From Anaerolineae bacterium (GTDB taxonomy: Bacteria > Chloroflexota > Anaerolineae > Aggregatilineales > UBA3940): a stretch of DNA of 64,000 bases. The DNA is taken from NCBI GenBank assembly GCA_016926255.1, contig JAFGOY010000013.1, positions 2,139 through 66,138 on the forward strand. The letters run 5' to 3'. The position numbers and the translations under genes are program-made. A model generated the notes under the pieces. It ran no database searches, was not told the DNA's origin, and worked only from the letters and a program-made list of their open reading frames with translations. This document shows, one piece after another, positions 26,217 to 35,486 of this stretch (within the stretch, counting starts at the first letter, position 1; each line of letters opens with the position of its first letter).

Positions 26217-27233
26217 TTACTTCAGGCGGGAACCATACTGGCGCTCGTAATATTCGCGGAACTCGCCGCTTTTTATCTTGCGCCACCACCATTCATTTTC
26301 GACGTACCAACTGACCGTCTGTTCGAGCGCCTTGTCGAAAGTTCGGCTGTGTTCCCAACCCAGCGCATGGAGCTTCGCATTGTCGAGCGCATAGCGCCGA
26401 TCATGTCCGGGCCGATCTACTACCAGCGTGATCAGCGATTCGGGTTTACCGAGAACCGCCAGCATCTGCTTGATCACGTCGATGTTGTGGCGCTCGTTTT
26501 CGCCGCCGAGGTTGTAGGCTTCGCCCGCTTTGCCTTTGTGCAGCACCAGGTCGATACCCGAACAGTGATCCTCGACGTACAGCCAGTCGCGAACCTGCAT
26601 TCCATCGCCGTAGAGCGGCAGCGGCTGATCGTCAATCGCGTTGGTGATGAACAGCGGGAGCAGTTTCTCCGGGTACTGGTAAGGGCCAAAGGTGTTGCTT
26701 CCGCGCGTGATGACGGCATCCATTCCATAGGTAACGTGATACGACCGCACCAGCAGTTCCCCGCCCGCCTTGCTCGCCGAGTAGGGGCTGTTCGGTTCGA
26801 GGGGGTCGCCTTCCTTGAAGAATCCCTCTTCAATCGTCCCGTAGACTTCGTCGGTGCTGACCTGCAAAAAGCGGTCGACGCGGTGCTTGCGGCACTCGTC
26901 CAGCAGCACGTAGACGCCCATCACGTCGGTCTTGATGAACGCATCGGGATCGAGGATGCTCCGGTCGACATGTGACTCGGCGGCGAAATTCACCACCGCA
27001 TCGACCCGGTTGGCGGCCAGCACCCCGGCCACCGCATTCCGGTCGGCGATATCGCCGCGAACAAACTTATAGCGCATGTCCTGCGATACGTCTTCGAGAT
27101 TGTCGAGATTGCCCGCATAGGTCAGCTTATCGTAGACGACAATGTTAATGTCGTCATACTTGCTCAGCATATAGCGAACAAAATTACTGCCGATAAACCC
27201 GGCACCGCCGGTCACCATGATGTTTTTCATCAA
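26217..27233 (-). CDS. rfbB: dTDP-glucose 4,6-dehydratase
   Basis: VTGGAGFIGSNFVRY, YDKLTYAGNLDNL, STDEVYG and YSASKAG match along the full length (338 aa). Confidence 0.9.
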   Translation of the reverse strand: MMKNIMVTGGAGFIGSNFVRYMLSKYDDINIVVYDKLTYAGNLDNLEDVSQDMRYKFVRGDIADRNAVAGVLAANRVDAVVNFAAESHVDRSILDPDAFIKTDVMGVYVLLDECRKHRVDRFLQVSTDEVYGTIEEGFFKEGDPLEPNSPYSASKAGGELLVRSYHVTYGMDAVITRGSNTFGPYQYPEKLLPLFITNAIDDQPLPLYGDGMQVRDWLYVEDHCSGIDLVLHKGKAGEAYNLGGENERHNIDVIKQMLAVLGKPESLITLVVDRPGHDRRYALDNAKLHALGWEHSRTFDKALEQTVSWYVENEWWWRKIKSGEFREYYERQYGSRLK

Positions 27234-27497
27234 TTCTATACTCCGCTTTACTCGTTGGACTGCTGGGGCGACTTTTCTGCCGCCTCTGCCGGTATTCTAC
27301 CCACGATGCGCAGGCTAACCCGGACGGTCATTATCCAGCCGCCCTACTCTCTGGCAACGCGCAGGGGGCGATTGTATCAGGCGTTACCCCCGAAAACAAC
27401 CGGAGCGTGTCTTATAACGGTGGCAAACCGGCAGCAAGTGCGCTACGATTCGCCCACACTAAGGGACACTTTCCATCAGAGATAATCGAGGCAAAGC

Positions 27498-27797
27498 ATG
27501 GGTCTATTCAAGAAGCTAGGGCGCGCGCTGCGTGGAAACGCTGAAGCCGATTCCGGTCTTTACTATTACATCAAGCTCAAACGCGGCGGTGAGATCGTCC
27601 GGATCAGGCTGGAACCCCGCTACGAGCTGGTGCCAAACTACGATACGGAAGGCTACACCACGCGCAAGACCGTTGTCGGCCCTAAAACGTTCCAGCGGGC
27701 CGAAGCGGTGTTTACCTTCAATGCCAGCCGAATGCTGGACAAAGTCGATGTCGACGGCGGCGAGCTGGTCGACGAGTCAGAATGGCTGGCCCAGTAG
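27498..27797 (+). CDS. Hypothetical protein (99 aa)
   Basis: GAGG lies 6 nt upstream of the ATG and codon usage looks coding. I recognise no family. Confidence 0.4.
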   Translation: MGLFKKLGRALRGNAEADSGLYYYIKLKRGGEIVRIRLEPRYELVPNYDTEGYTTRKTVVGPKTFQRAEAVFTFNASRMLDKVDVDGGELVDESEWLAQ

Positions 27798-27838
27798 GAA
27801 AGCCAGGAAGCCAGAGACGGCGCGTAGCGATTCCCCCG

Positions 27839-28816
27839 CTAACCGTCCAGTCTGACCGTCGCAAAGGCCGCGCCCGGTGTCGAAGGGTGCTTGAGCGGGA
27901 ACCATCCCTGGTCGCTTTTGAACCATACCTCGTCGTCGGATACATCGTAGCGGCGGGTGACGCGAATCGACTCATTTGCGTCGAGCGTTGCCGATTTCTC
28001 TGCCGTAATGTCCGGCTCCTTGCGTCCCTGCACCCACGTCCTGGCAATAAACACACCCGATATCGCTTCGCCGGGGTCGATTGTTGTAGTCCGGATGCGC
28101 AGCGGATCGGGGTTCCTGACCTGCACGGCCCGCGAAAACACAGAGACATTCCCATCGTCGTCGCCGTGAAGCTGCCAATCTCCCGCCGTTGTCAGATTAA
28201 CCCAGAAGTCACCCCGCGCTTTCACGCCGGGGAAGTTGTTGCGTTCAGCGAAATCGTGGAGAAAATCACGGCGCTCGATGGCCGTCTGGCTGATCAACTG
28301 CACCTCGGTGATTCCATTTTCGACCAGGCGGCTTTTCGGCGACACCCCGAAATGGGCTTCAGCACGCTGGATGTACATATGCATCGGCCCATGCTGGATC
28401 GCCATGTCGAATAAAAGCGCCTGGCTCAGTGGTGTTTCGATCCCGCGAACCGATGCGCTGTCCTGCGAGGGGGCCCAATAATTACGGATGGTGATCGCGT
28501 CCTGCGCGTCGCGCATCTCGTCTTCTTCTGCTGCCTCGATCAACAGTGCCTTGAAAGTATCGTCGTGGCGCAGCGCTTCATCTTTGACGTTGATCCGGTC
28601 CCGAAACGCCCGCAGTTGATCCGAAACCGCGCTGGTAGACGTATCGAAGTAAATACCGAGAACACGTCCCAGGCTGCCCGACGACAGCGTGAACTGGAAC
28701 CGCCCGTAGCTGACAATCCCCCGGTCATAGTTCTGATAATTGGCGTAGCCCCTGCCACCTTCGAATGCCGAAGAAATCGCAAAGGCCGCCAGTCGAATCC
28801 GCTCCTGCTCGCTCAT
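27839..28816 (-). CDS. Lysozyme-superfamily (GH46 chitosanase-like) domain protein with C-terminal SH3-like beta domain
   Basis: AAGGAG lies 8 nt upstream. The N-terminal SSAFEGGRGYANYQNYDRGIVSYGRFQFTLSSGSL resembles the Glu...Asp-x-G catalytic segment of GH46. No signal peptide. The C-terminal ~110 aa is beta-rich. The family call is from memory of the motif only. Confidence 0.4.
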   Translation of the reverse strand: MSEQERIRLAAFAISSAFEGGRGYANYQNYDRGIVSYGRFQFTLSSGSLGRVLGIYFDTSTSAVSDQLRAFRDRINVKDEALRHDDTFKALLIEAAEEDEMRDAQDAITIRNYWAPSQDSASVRGIETPLSQALLFDMAIQHGPMHMYIQRAEAHFGVSPKSRLVENGITEVQLISQTAIERRDFLHDFAERNNFPGVKARGDFWVNLTTAGDWQLHGDDDGNVSVFSRAVQVRNPDPLRIRTTTIDPGEAISGVFIARTWVQGRKEPDITAEKSATLDANESIRVTRRYDVSDDEVWFKSDQGWFPLKHPSTPGAAFATVRLDG

Positions 28817-28901
28817 TGTGAAGTCTCCTTTTTGCCTGCTTCAACCTACCTACAACTTTATTCATTGCCACAAAAACGACAACTTCACCGATCTGCGCCT
28901 C

Positions 28902-31049
28902 TCAGCGGCACATACTCAGCCCGATTCGTCCCCGGTCGATATCGACGTTGAGCACCGTCACCTCGACGACATCCCCTACCCCGACCACCTCATACGGTGA
29001 TTCGACACGGAAATCGGCCATCTCGGAAATATGCACCAGCCCGTCCTGCTTGACTCCGATATCGACGAACGCGCCGAAATCGACCACGTTGCGCACCGTC
29101 CCATTCAGGCGCATGCCGGGCTGGAGGTCTTCCATCTTCAACACGTCTTCCCGGAGCAGCGGCGGCGGAACATCCTCACGCGGGTCACGGCCCGGTCGTT
29201 GCAGTTCGACGATGATATCGGACAGCGTCGGCACACCAATCCCGATCTCACCCGCCAGCCGTTCGAGATCGCCGTTGCCCTGCACCGCGCTCAATCGTTC
29301 GCCCAGATCGGGATCGTCGAGTGATACTCCGATCAAAGAAAGCAGTTTCTGGACGGCCTTGTAACTCTCCGGGTGGACGCCGGTATTGTCGAGCAGATTG
29401 GCGCTCCCGGCGATCCGCAGGAAGCCCGCCGCCTGCTCGAAAGTCTTCGCCCCCATCCCCTTGACTTTCTGGATCGCCTTGCGCGATGCAAACGCGCCGT
29501 TCTCGTCACGATGCAGGACGATCCGTTCGGCGAGCTTCGGCCCCAGCCCGGCGACATATTGCAGCAGCGCGGGCGAAGCGGTGTTCACGTCGACGCCAAC
29601 ATTGTTGACCACCGACTCGGTCACGGCAGCCAGCGATTCCGCCAGCGCCGTCTGGTTGACATCGTGCTGGTACATCCCCACGCCGATGCTCTTGGGATCG
29701 ATCTTCACCAGTTCGGCCAATGGGTCTTGAACGCGGCGGGCGATGCTCACCGCGCCTCGAATGCTCACGTCGAGGTCGGGGAGTTCGGCACGGGCGAGCG
29801 GGCTGGCCGAATAGACCGACGCCCCTGCCTCGCTGACGATCAGGTATTTGGCGTCGAGGCCGGAGGCGATCAGTTCTGCTGCCAGTTCCTCGGTTTCACG
29901 GCTGGCCGTGCCATTGCCGACGGCGATCAGCGTGGCCGAATAGCGCTTCGCCATATTGAACAGGGTATTCAACGCTTCCTGCCAGCGCGATTGGGGTGGG
30001 TGCGGATAAATTGTCCCGATGTCGATCACACGACCGGTGGGGTCGACTACCGCGACCTTGCAGCCGGTGCGGAAGCCGGGATCGATGCCGAGGACGGTTT
30101 CCCCTTTGATCGGCGGGACGAGCAGCAGGTTGCGCAGGTTGGTGGCAAAGACATTGATCGCGTGGGCATCGGCCTTCTCGGTCAGGTCGCGCCGGATTTC
30201 GCGTTCGATGGCGGGAAAGATCAACCGGCGGTAGCCATCGTCGACCGCCCGGATCAGGTCGTCGGCCAGCGGCGAGCGGCGGTCGGGGGGATAGATTTCG
30301 CGGATCGCCGCCGTGATCTCCTCGTCGTACACGCCGACCGAAACCCGCAGCACACCGTCGGACTCGCCGCGATTCAGGGCCAGTATCTGGTGCGGCTTGA
30401 GATTCCGCAGCCCATTGGCGAATTCATAGTATGTTTCGTAGGTTTTTCTGGGGTCTTTGCTCGTATCAGTCACCGCTGACGAAAGCTCACCATACCGCCA
30501 CGCTATCCGGCGGGCCATCTCACGGGTGCGGATGTCGTCGGCGATATGCTCGGCCATGATGTCCCGCGCCCCCTGCCAGGCGTCGTCGGGTGCAGGAACC
30601 TCGTCGCTGAGATAATCGGCGACGGCTTCGTCACGCCGGGCCGGGTCGAACACTTCCTGATCGAGTATCCACCGAGCGACCGGCTCCAGCCCGCGCTCCC
30701 GTGCAACCTGGGCGCGAGTCCGGCGCTTCGGCTTGTAAGGCAGGTAGAGGTCTTCGACCTCCTGAAGCGTCTCTGCCTCCTCAATCTGTTCCGCCAGTTC
30801 CTCGGTTAGCTTGCCCTGTTCGGAAATCGTTTTGATAATCGTCTGCTGGCGGTCGTCGAGCTTACGCAGTGAATTCAACGTGGTGCGAAAATCGGCAAGC
30901 TGGATTTCGTCCAGCCCGCCGGTGATCTCTTTTCGGTAGCGGGCGATAAAGGGGACAGTGTTGTCCTGGTCGAAGAGTTCGACGGTGCGCTCTACCTGCG
31001 CGCGGTGGAGTCCAAGCTGGTGGGTCAGGCGTCCGATCAGGTCTTTCAC
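28902..31049 (-). CDS. tex: Tex-like transcription accessory protein (S1 domain RNA-binding)
   Basis: FIARYRKEITGGLDE, a YqgF-like core, an HhH region and a C-terminal S1 domain (GTVRNVVDFGAFVDIGVKQDGLVHIS). 715 aa. Confidence 0.9.
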   Translation of the reverse strand: MKDLIGRLTHQLGLHRAQVERTVELFDQDNTVPFIARYRKEITGGLDEIQLADFRTTLNSLRKLDDRQQTIIKTISEQGKLTEELAEQIEEAETLQEVEDLYLPYKPKRRTRAQVARERGLEPVARWILDQEVFDPARRDEAVADYLSDEVPAPDDAWQGARDIMAEHIADDIRTREMARRIAWRYGELSSAVTDTSKDPRKTYETYYEFANGLRNLKPHQILALNRGESDGVLRVSVGVYDEEITAAIREIYPPDRRSPLADDLIRAVDDGYRRLIFPAIEREIRRDLTEKADAHAINVFATNLRNLLLVPPIKGETVLGIDPGFRTGCKVAVVDPTGRVIDIGTIYPHPPQSRWQEALNTLFNMAKRYSATLIAVGNGTASRETEELAAELIASGLDAKYLIVSEAGASVYSASPLARAELPDLDVSIRGAVSIARRVQDPLAELVKIDPKSIGVGMYQHDVNQTALAESLAAVTESVVNNVGVDVNTASPALLQYVAGLGPKLAERIVLHRDENGAFASRKAIQKVKGMGAKTFEQAAGFLRIAGSANLLDNTGVHPESYKAVQKLLSLIGVSLDDPDLGERLSAVQGNGDLERLAGEIGIGVPTLSDIIVELQRPGRDPREDVPPPLLREDVLKMEDLQPGMRLNGTVRNVVDFGAFVDIGVKQDGLVHISEMADFRVESPYEVVGVGDVVEVTVLNVDIDRGRIGLSMCR

Positions 31050-31169
31050 GGGGGAGCAGTTCCTTTCATTTCACTCAAAATGCTCTACAGGAGGAACCAT
31101 TATAACCCGCCCGGACGCCCGGCAGGCTACGTTATCCCGATGCTTTTTGGAAATTCGGGCAGGCGGGGA

Positions 31170-31643
31170 TCACCGGCCCGGCGGATAGCGGTAGATCAAC
31201 TGCTTAAGGGTATCGACCAGCGCCTTGCGGTGCGCTTCACAGAGAACCGAGGAAGGATGGCCGCCGCCAATCGGGATGCCGCCCGGAAGCTCGCGCCAGC
31301 ATTCCAACTGGCTGACATAGGTGGGTTCTTTATCGTCATTCAGAACAATCTGCACGCCGATATCATAGACGGTGATGATCCCCCGGCGATTCTTCTTGTA
31401 TTTGGGATTCTCCAGCGTCGCGCCAGTCTTCTCCTCGATCTGGCGGCAGATGCACCAGCCGTTCTTATCGTCCAACTCGCGGATATCACTCTCGTGGAAG
31501 ACCTGTTTTTGCAGGTCTTTCAGGACGCCCTTCACCATCTTCAAGACCTGCCGCTCGTGCTGGTGCAGGGCCTTGAGCCGCGCCCGCCGCTCCTCTTTTC
31601 CTTCGATGCCCAGTTCTTTACGAAGCCCTTCAAAGTCTGTCAT
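31170..31643 (-). CDS. Hypothetical protein (~157 aa)
   Basis: Open frame with coding-like composition. I chose ATG 31643 (MTDFEGL); the track begins at TTG 31652. I recognise no family. Confidence 0.4.
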   Translation of the reverse strand: MTDFEGLRKELGIEGKEERRARLKALHQHERQVLKMVKGVLKDLQKQVFHESDIRELDDKNGWCICRQIEEKTGATLENPKYKKNRRGIITVYDIGVQIVLNDDKEPTYVSQLECWRELPGGIPIGGGHPSSVLCEAHRKALVDTLKQLIYRYPPGR

Positions 31644-31764
31644 GGGATTCAACCTTTTGTGATGCCGGTAGTGTGGAATGTATGAATATGATTCTAGTTA
31701 ACAACAAAGCTGGTGACAAAGGGTCAACAATCAATACGCAGTTCGAGGCGATTCAGTTACCACC

Positions 31765-31791
31765 AAACAAAACGACCTGGAAATCCAGGCC
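31765..31791 (-). terminator. Intrinsic terminator after the rmlA-like gene
   Basis: The minus strand reads GGCCTGG-attt-CCAGGTC followed by GTTTTGTTT. The one non-Watson-Crick pair is a G-U wobble on the minus strand but an A-C mismatch on the plus strand, which supports minus-strand function. Confidence 0.55.
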
Positions 31792-31815
31792 GTTGGGTGG
31801 TGACATCAGAATGCT

Positions 31816-32886
31816 CTACGGCAGCCAGAGCTTGCTGTAATCGCCGAGGTTCATGCGCAGGGCTTTGGGCTTTCGCCCATTCTGCTCTATTGATGCGTAG
31901 CGCCCGATGATGCAGTCCTGCAAACGGCTGCTGACGTTGACGATCTGCGAATGCTCAAGCACGATGCAGCGTTCCAGCTCGCTGTCATGGACGGTCACGT
32001 CATGATAGATGCTGGTAAATGGCCCGACGAAGCTGTTGACGATCCGGGTGTGCTTCCCGATGATCGACGGGCCACGCACGATACTGTTGACGATCTCCGC
32101 GCCTGCCTCGACCGTCACCCGGTGATCCACCAGCGACTCCGCATCGACTGTGCCCTCGATACGGGGAGTGAGTTCCTCCAATACAAAAGCGTTGGCATCG
32201 AGCATATCGGTCGGTTTGCCGGTATCGATCCACCAGCCTTTGTGAACGTAGGGGTAGACCCGGTACTCGTCGTGGGCGACCAGCCATTGGATGGCATCGG
32301 TGATTTCCAGTTCACCGCGCCAGGAGGGTTTGATCGCGTCAACGGCTTCGAATACATTCGAATCGAACATATAGATACCGACCAGCGCGAGGTTCGAGGG
32401 CGGGTCTTCCGGTTTTTCGATCAGCTGCTTGATCCGCCCGTCGCCGTCCAGTTCGGCGACACCAAAATGCTGCGGATCGGGGACTTCTTTCAGCACGATC
32501 TGGCCGTTCCACTCGCTGGTAGCGAACTGCTCGATCAGCGGGCTGATCCCCCCCTCGATCACATTGTCGCCCAGGAACATCACGAACCGGTCATCGCCCA
32601 GGAAATCGCGGGAGATTTTCACCGCATGGGCCAGCCCCAGCGGCGCATCCTGCGGAATATAGCTGATCTTCACGCCCCAGCGATCCCCATTCCCAACCGC
32701 TTCCCGAATCTCCGGACCGGTGTCGCCAATGACGATCCCGATCTCATCGATCCCGGCATCGCGGATCATCTCAATCACCCGGAACAATACCGGTTTGTTC
32801 GCCACCGGGATCAACTGCTTGGCGCGGGTATAAGTCAATGGATAAAGGCGAGTTCCCTTGCCACCGGATAATATCAATCCCTTCAA
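31816..32886 (-). CDS. rfbA: Glucose-1-phosphate thymidylyltransferase, long form with C-terminal left-handed beta-helix
   Basis: (M)KGLILSGGKGTRLYPLTYTRAKQLIPVANKP, a sugar-nucleotidyltransferase fold, and a hexapeptide-repeat tail. 356 aa, TTG start. Confidence 0.8.
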   Translation of the reverse strand: MKGLILSGGKGTRLYPLTYTRAKQLIPVANKPVLFRVIEMIRDAGIDEIGIVIGDTGPEIREAVGNGDRWGVKISYIPQDAPLGLAHAVKISRDFLGDDRFVMFLGDNVIEGGISPLIEQFATSEWNGQIVLKEVPDPQHFGVAELDGDGRIKQLIEKPEDPPSNLALVGIYMFDSNVFEAVDAIKPSWRGELEITDAIQWLVAHDEYRVYPYVHKGWWIDTGKPTDMLDANAFVLEELTPRIEGTVDAESLVDHRVTVEAGAEIVNSIVRGPSIIGKHTRIVNSFVGPFTSIYHDVTVHDSELERCIVLEHSQIVNVSSRLQDCIIGRYASIEQNGRKPKALRMNLGDYSKLWLP

Positions 32887-32887
32887 A

Positions 32888-33961
32888 CTATTCTTCTCCC
32901 TTTTCGTCGTTGCCCGGTATGTCTGGTTTCTTCAACGGTCGCGTATCCATGTCGGAAGACGCCGGAGTCGACGGCTCGTCGAAGGGCTTCTCCGTATCGC
33001 CGCTTTCCTCTTCAACTGCAGGGACAGTTTCTTCAACAACTTCCTCTATCGATTCGCCCGCCTGCCTGACATCGACACCGGCTTCCGTCGGTGTCTCTTC
33101 TTCCTCCCAGGTTGGGTGGCGCGGGAGCGTCGAAAGGTCTTCACCGGCCATCGCCCGGCGGATCAGCGCGGCGGCGCGGACCCCGCGCCAGCGGACAAAC
33201 GCCGCACCGATGTCGGCGTTGGCATGGGCAGGAGCCGCACCGACATAGCCCGGCCAGTCAGGCATGGAGTATAACTGCTTCCATTCAATCGAGCGCAGCT
33301 TTTTGTACATTGGGTCGACCAGATCGGGCCTGAGATGCAGCATCATCGACGTTTCGAACATTGAGGCGTGGATGCTGCCTTTGAGCACCACTTCTTCCTG
33401 CGGGGTCAGCGGGCGGCCCAGCAGGGTAGCGATCCCCGGCTTGACATCCATCTCGGCCCCGGCCAGCACATAGCCAATCGGCTCGTACATGACCAGTCCC
33501 GGATGCTTTTCGCGCATCTCGGCGCAGACCTCGGAAAAAACGCGGCTCTGATCAGCCCCGCCGTGAAACCCAACCGGGAAAATATAGCGGAACCCGTAGC
33601 GAATCAGGTGGCCGGTAATATCGACCAGAATGGCTCTGAGCGTCTCACGGCTGATCCAGATGCTGCCTGACGATTCGAACAATTCCGGGCGGCGCAGGTC
33701 GACCGGGTCGGTGCCAAAGGGGATAGCAGGCAGCAGCAGCGCGTGAAGCGCCGGGTCGTTTTCAAGCAGCCAGGCAACGGCGGCAAGATTGACCGCCTCG
33801 ACCGCGTAGCCGTCGGTGCCCATCGGGAGATGCTCGCCGTGCTGTTCGATCATCCCAAAGGGAACCAGGACGACGGTGTGATCGCGGTCAAGCGAGCGCA
33901 GCGTTTTCAGCGAAATCTGCTCAAGACGATGCAGACGGGCATGGTTATACAAAGCGCTCAT
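32888..33961 (-). CDS. Creatininase-family amidohydrolase with ~90-aa acidic C-terminal tail
   Basis: VVLVPFGMIEQHGEHLPMGTD and GFHGG are the creatininase-fold metal-site motifs. The tail is WEEEETPTEAGVDV...EEESGDTEKPFDE. GGGGGAG is the SD. Confidence 0.65.
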   Translation of the reverse strand: MSALYNHARLHRLEQISLKTLRSLDRDHTVVLVPFGMIEQHGEHLPMGTDGYAVEAVNLAAVAWLLENDPALHALLLPAIPFGTDPVDLRRPELFESSGSIWISRETLRAILVDITGHLIRYGFRYIFPVGFHGGADQSRVFSEVCAEMREKHPGLVMYEPIGYVLAGAEMDVKPGIATLLGRPLTPQEEVVLKGSIHASMFETSMMLHLRPDLVDPMYKKLRSIEWKQLYSMPDWPGYVGAAPAHANADIGAAFVRWRGVRAAALIRRAMAGEDLSTLPRHPTWEEEETPTEAGVDVRQAGESIEEVVEETVPAVEEESGDTEKPFDEPSTPASSDMDTRPLKKPDIPGNDEKGEE

Positions 33962-34006
33962 CGAACTCCCCCTTGATCAACTCAACCAGCGAAAGGGCCA
34001 ATGAAG

Positions 34007-34666
34007 CTATTTGCCGTAATAGCCATCCATACGCGCGTCGACCGGGGCGTTGGTCAGCACCGCGCCGACGACGCGGACGTTCAATTGTTCGAGCAGTTCT
34101 TTGGCCCGCTCAGCATCTTCGCGGCGGGTGGTTCCGGCGCGGATCACCAGCAGCGTGCCATCGACCCGCGACGACAGCAGAGCCGCATCGGTGACGGCCA
34201 GCACGGGCGGCGCATCGAACAGTACAAAGTCGGCCTGCGCTTTCAGGCTCTCGATCAGCGATTCCATGTGGGCCGATCCCAGGAAATCGGCAGGGTTGGG
34301 AGCAAGCGGCCCGGCTGGCACCAGTCGCAGGTTCTCGACACCCACGTCGAGCAGCGGCGGTTCGGCCAGATTGTCAAGGACGGTGCTGGTCAGGCCGGGT
34401 TCCTGATCGACGTTCCAGATAGTATGCTGGCAGGGACGCCGCAGGTCGCAGTCGACGATGATCGTCTGCTTACCGTTCTGGGCCAGTGTGACGGACAGGT
34501 TCGCCAGCGCGGTGCTTTTCCCTTCCTGCGGGGCCGGGCTGGTGATCACCAGCGTTTTCAGCGGCTCGTTGAGGCTGGTGAAGATCAGGTTGGTTCGCAA
34601 GGTGCGATAGGCTTCACTGGCCGACGAACGCGGGTCTTTCAATGTTATCAGATCAGGTTGTGTCAT
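34007..34666 (-). CDS. BY-kinase (CpsD/Wze-like protein tyrosine kinase, cytoplasmic subunit)
   Basis: Walker A ITSPAPQEGKST, A' IIVDCDLRRP, Walker B VLFDAPPVLAVTDA, and a C-terminal GYYGK. Confidence 0.8.
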   Translation of the reverse strand: MTQPDLITLKDPRSSASEAYRTLRTNLIFTSLNEPLKTLVITSPAPQEGKSTALANLSVTLAQNGKQTIIVDCDLRRPCQHTIWNVDQEPGLTSTVLDNLAEPPLLDVGVENLRLVPAGPLAPNPADFLGSAHMESLIESLKAQADFVLFDAPPVLAVTDAALLSSRVDGTLLVIRAGTTRREDAERAKELLEQLNVRVVGAVLTNAPVDARMDGYYGK

Positions 34667-34728
34667 AATTCCCTCTACTGCTCGCAGTTATCATCTTCTA
34701 CGTATCAGGCGAAAAGTCCTCTCAGGTG

Positions 34729-35397
34729 TCACGATTCGCCCGATGGCGGCACCGCCCCCAGAACGGGCATCCCCAGGAAACGGTCGACATCTTCCGGCGA
34801 ACGGATGATCCCCGCCTCGATATATTCCAGCACAAAGACAACCGCCAGCCCAACCAGGAAGCCCATGATCCCACCGGCGGCAGTGTTGATCGCCGTCTTG
34901 GGCCGTTCCAGACTGTAGCGCGGATCGTCGAGTATCTCGGCGTCGATGCGGTCTTCCTTACGCACCGTCTGGTTCTGGTCGAAACGCCACTGGAGGAAGA
35001 GATTCGCCAGTTCGCGGGCGATATCGTTGGCGCGTTCGCCATCCGGGTTTTCGACTTCGATCACAAGGTTCATCGAGTTGATATCGCTGGCGACACGCAC
35101 ATCGCCGAGCAGTTCCAGGGGGGTCATGTCGAGATCGAGTGTCTCGATCACCTCCTGCGCCCGGTAGGTGCTGGTGATCCACCCTTCATAGGGCGCGAGA
35201 AGCTGCTTGGCCGCCGTTGTCTGGCCGTAGTCCGTTTGAGCGGGCTGGACGAGTATCTTGATCGTCGATTTGTAGAGCGGGGCACGCTGCTTGACGATCA
35301 GGCTGAACCCAAAGGCCGCCGCAGCGGTCAGGACAGCGAGCAGCACCATGATCCATCCGCGCCGCCATAAAATTTTCAAGTAATCTCGTAGTTGCAT
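34729..35397 (-). CDS. Wzz/CpsC-like polysaccharide co-polymerase (chain-length determinant), short form
   Basis: DYLKILWRRGWIMVLLAVL (Wzz N-terminal TM), a periplasmic domain, and a C-terminal TM before the RSPEDV kinase-activating tail. Confidence 0.7.
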   Translation of the reverse strand: MQLRDYLKILWRRGWIMVLLAVLTAAAAFGFSLIVKQRAPLYKSTIKILVQPAQTDYGQTTAAKQLLAPYEGWITSTYRAQEVIETLDLDMTPLELLGDVRVASDINSMNLVIEVENPDGERANDIARELANLFLQWRFDQNQTVRKEDRIDAEILDDPRYSLERPKTAINTAAGGIMGFLVGLAVVFVLEYIEAGIIRSPEDVDRFLGMPVLGAVPPSGES

Positions 35398-35486
35398 ATT
35401 GCCTCACCTGCTTGTGTAAAACATCAACTATTTTAGTCGATCAGAGCCATTATTACCGGTCAACACACCGGCCAGCATTCATCATA

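Noticed and set aside
25570-26292. 240-aa minus-strand ORF spanning the GNAT gene and the 26158..26191 terminator.
   Set aside because: It is antisense to a well-supported GNAT gene and runs through a bidirectional terminator. No motifs.
27839-28816. Endolysin-like gene as evidence of a prophage or mobile element.
   Set aside because: No integrase, terminase, capsid, tail or holin genes, att-like repeats or tRNA are nearby. I therefore called no mobile element.
29373-30479. 368-aa plus-strand ORF antisense to tex.
   Set aside because: Same reasoning: tex is unambiguous on the minus strand, and the antisense product is Arg/Gly/Asp-rich.
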